Source: Octopus sinensis (lineage: Eukaryota). From it: DNA of 54,136 nt. The position numbers and the translations under genes were made by a program. The stretch spans positions 1 through 54,136 of the forward strand of contig NW_021833840.1 in NCBI RefSeq assembly GCF_006345805.1, written 5' to 3'. This document shows positions 50,671-54,136 of the stretch, in pieces (position 1 is the stretch's first letter; each line of letters begins with the position of its first letter). The notes under the pieces were generated by a model. The model was not told the origin of the DNA and searched no databases. It saw nothing but the letters and a program-made list of their open reading frames with translations.

Positions 50671-51045
50671 TATATATATATATATACATATACATACATA
50701 TATGTACATAGTTACTTATGTATGTATATACACATTCATATTTAGGCACGAGACGTCACAGAACGTAAACAACATGAAATACGAAAACATTTTTTTTGCA
50801 AATGGCGAAAGAAACAAATGGAAAAAAAAGGCAAGCAACATAAAGAACGACGCTTCATCGGTTGTTCGCTGTTTGTCGTGAATTGCTCGAAATACGGAGT
50901 AGAAAACTAAGTTCATATTCCATGTTACGGTATTTCATGTTGTTAACGTTCACTGACGTCCTGTACCCACATATGCATATGTATATACGTATATATGTAA
51001 CTATGTACATATATATGTATGTATATATGCATATATGTACTATTT

Positions 51046-51092
<47 letters not shown>

Positions 51093-51119
51093 ATATATAT
51101 GTATGTATATATATACATA

Positions 51120-51980
51120 TATATGTCATGTATATATATATACACATGTATACTTATATATGTATACACTAACACATATATTTTGTCTTTTATCTGTTAC
51201 CTGTTTCAGTCATTTGAGTCCGGCCATGCTGGGGTACCACGTTGAATTTGTAGTCGAATGAATCGACCCACCCCGGTACTTATTTTTTAAGCATGGTACT
51301 TATTCCATCGGTCTGTCTTGCCGAACCGCTAGAATACGGGGACGTAACACACGAATACCAATTGTCTTGTGGTGATGGGGGAACAAATGGTGACACACAC
51401 ACATAGATGCATATATATATATACGGCAGGCTTCTTTCAGTTTCCGTTAACCAAATCCACTTACAAGACCCGAGGCTACAGTGAAAGACACTTAATCAAG
51501 GTGTCACACATGGGACTGAAACTGGAACAAGGTTGATTCATAACCACATAGTTCCAGTTTCAGTCCCACTGTGTGACACCTTGATTAAGTGTCTTTCACT
51601 GTAGCCTCGGGTCTTGTAAGTGGATTTGGTTAACGGAAACTGAAAGAAGCCTGCCGTATATATATATATGCATCTATGTGTGTGTGTCACCATTTGTTCC
51701 CCCATCACCACAAGACAATTGGTATTCGTGTGTTACGTCCCCGTATTCTAGCGGTTCGGCAAGACAGACCGATGGAATAATTGCCATGCTTAAAAAATAA
51801 GTACCGGGGTGGGTCGATTCATTCGACTACAAATTCAACGTGGTACCCCAGCCTGGCCGCACTCAAATGACTGAAACAGGTAACAGATAAAAGACAAAAG
51901 GTATGTGTGTGTGTATACATATATAAGTATGCATTGTAGTATATATATCTGTAATATATATATATATATAACATGACATA
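51120..51980. repeat. Fold-back inverted duplication of a SINE B copy plus flank
   Basis: Arms about 51150-51528 and 51551-51930, 22 nt spacer; arms share non-consensus mutations. Confidence 0.93.
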
Positions 51981-52076
51981 TTATGTATATATACAACATA
52001 TATTATACATATATATATGTATATATATAGATATATATATATATATAATATATATATACATAATATATATATGTAT

Positions 52077-52107
<31 letters not shown>

Positions 52108-52117
52108 CATAGATATA

Positions 52118-52178
<61 letters not shown>

Positions 52179-52179
<1 letters not shown>

Positions 52180-52454
52180 GAGGCGCAATGGCCCAGTGGT
52201 TAAGGCAGCGGACTCGCGGTCGTAGGATCGCGGTTTCGATTCCCAGACCGGGTGTTGTGAGTGTTTATTGAGCGAAAACACCTAAAGCTCCACGATGCTG
52301 TACTCTTTCGCTGCAACTTTCTCTCACTCTTTCTTCTGTTGGCCTGCTCGTTTAGCCAGCGGGGCGGATGCGTCATTTGAAGGCTAAAACAATGCGAAGT
52401 GCATTGTGACCAGCGATGTGTAGCAACATCTGATAACCTAGTCAGTCACGTGAT

Positions 52455-52461
<7 letters not shown>
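52179..52461 (+). mobile_element. SINE family F, tail type 2 (cacgtgatcacgtga)
   Basis: tRNA-like head tggcccagtggttaagg..ggtttcgattccc. Confidence 0.88.
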
Positions 52462-52495
<34 letters not shown>

Positions 52496-52648
52496 TACAG
52501 AGAGAGCGAGAGTGAGTGAGAGAGAGAAGCATATACATATATAGTGTTATAAATACAGAAGAGTTTTATTTATTGTTCTGGTCTTTGCGGGCGTCACACG
52601 AAATCTAAAAATCTATTTTTCAGCTTAGCTCAAAATGGCCGGGTATAT

Positions 52649-52694
52649 TCGTCGCTGAAGAGACCAAACGAGGTCAAAACTGCGTATCTTACGA
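52649..52694 (+). ncRNA. Degenerate hammerhead ribozyme motif (G12 to A)
   Basis: ctgaaga-gacc aaacga ggtc-aaaa-c tgc g-ta; perfect 4 bp helix II, weak helix I. Confidence 0.45.
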
Positions 52695-52849
52695 TACTCT
52701 GATCGAGTCTCATGTCTATTCAACTCACAAGTGTCTTTTAAAAAGTTTACTCACGACAAAATATTTCACTAGTATCAGACCATGTTTGTATGTATGATAT
52801 GAATATTATACACTTCGTAACTTCAATCAATTGCGACGTTGTCTCCTTC

Positions 52850-52927
<78 letters not shown>

Positions 52928-53423
52928 AGCGTGTGAAGGCCACTGTCTGGTCATGTGCTGCAACTTTAGAAACTGCAAGTGTCAGCCAGAAAGCCAATAT
53001 TTTACTGATGAATATATTGAACATTTTTTACTTCATTGATATGATAACAAAAACTCTCCATACAAGAATTGACCTCACACTTTTTTCACGATAAACGAAT
53101 GAATACCTTCCTTCATCTCAATAGTTTATTGAGTTTGACAGTCATGGTTTCAAGAATTTAGGATAGGATATCTACTTCACATACAATGAATTATTATAAT
53201 GCCTTGCTTGAAAGAAGCAAAAATGCTACTTGAAGTCTTCTGTTCCACAACGTATTTTAATTCTTACATTAATTCTTCTCACTGTTTAACCTAATAGATT
53301 CTCACTTCTGTTTCCTGTAATCATACAATGGCGCATTGATACAAGGAAACTGAACTTCTATTTCCCTAATGTGGATTTGCTGAATCACTAGAGAGTCAGA
53401 ATAGAGGTTTTGCTGTACTTCTT

Positions 53424-53575
53424 CTGGCTCTTTAAGTTCTGAGTTCAAATTTCACCGAGGCCAATTTGACCTTCCATCCTTTCAGGGTATATAAAATAAA
53501 TTATCGGTCAAATACTGATCCGATGTAATATCCTCGAAAATTTCTGCACTGTACCTAAAATAGAAAGAATTAATT
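53424..53575 (+). mobile_element. Decayed SINE A2 fragment
   Basis: gttctgagttcaaatttcaccgagg..ccttccatcctttcaggg..aaatagaaagaatt. Confidence 0.75.
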
Positions 53576-54136
53576 TAAAGCGGTTTTAAGAATAACAACA
53601 GAAATGATTAAATAAGGCATTAGGTGTAACTTGAAACCCTCTTATGTGTGTATATTTGTGTGTGTAAGAATTAAGATACGTCTTATAGAGGTAATAGATT
53701 ATTCCGATATGCCTATTTTGAAGCACATAACCTCAAAAAAGCTCAATAAATATTTAACGATTTTCAGAACTACGCATTAAGTCTACAAAGATTATTTGAA
53801 AGAGAGGTAAAATAATTCAGAAAACTCACTCAGGTGAAAACTAGCTACCTATAAGCTCCCTATATAAATTGGATTTAACAGTCTTCGTGTAAGTAAGGCA
53901 AGGAAATTTTTATTAATTATAACTGCGCTCTCGGTGATTAGAACACTCATTAGTTAAATGATAAATTCTGTTGAAAAAAGAAACACAAGGGAAAACAACT
54001 ACTGAAATTTTAATTGATTAAAATTCATTCAATATGGAATGCTATGGGGTGTGGGTTTCATTAGTCATTGTCAACATCGGTGTATGCTTTTTAATAGCCA
54101 GAAGATGAACGAGAAAGGTCGTTAGTACACTTGCTC

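Noticed and set aside
52179-52255. tRNA genes at SINE heads (also 5277, 25075, 36920)
   Set aside because: A/B boxes are present but there is no complete cloverleaf acceptor stem and each continues into a SINE body.
52827-53024. Signal-peptide-like MFNIFISKILAFWLTLAVSKVAA
   Set aside because: Runs into a (CT)n tract with no splice donor; no supporting homology.

Overview
Repeat-saturated eukaryotic non-coding DNA. The SINE families look like those of an octopod (coleoid cephalopod) genome; this is recognition, not a search result. No intact host gene or full-length autonomous element could be supported, and nearly all long ORFs in the track are translations of microsatellites. The window holds: four tRNA-headed SINE head/core types (labelled A, B, D, F here) with swapped tails; 3' fragments of R4/Dong-like, RTE-like and Tx1/L1-like LINEs; decayed Tc1/mariner and hAT transposase fragments and MITEs; a non-autonomous Helitron; a Helentron-type HINE; two minisatellites; and three long inverted duplications. 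The most notable observations are: (1) a type I hammerhead ribozyme motif at the tip of a long hairpin (46856-47025), with two or three decayed relatives; (2) a SINE (A1) that repeatedly sits at the same internal site of its own family and shares its 3' tail with a Tx1-like LINE in the window; (3) a higher-order satellite apparently built from a SINE head; (4) unusually long flanking duplications (116 bp and 50 bp).
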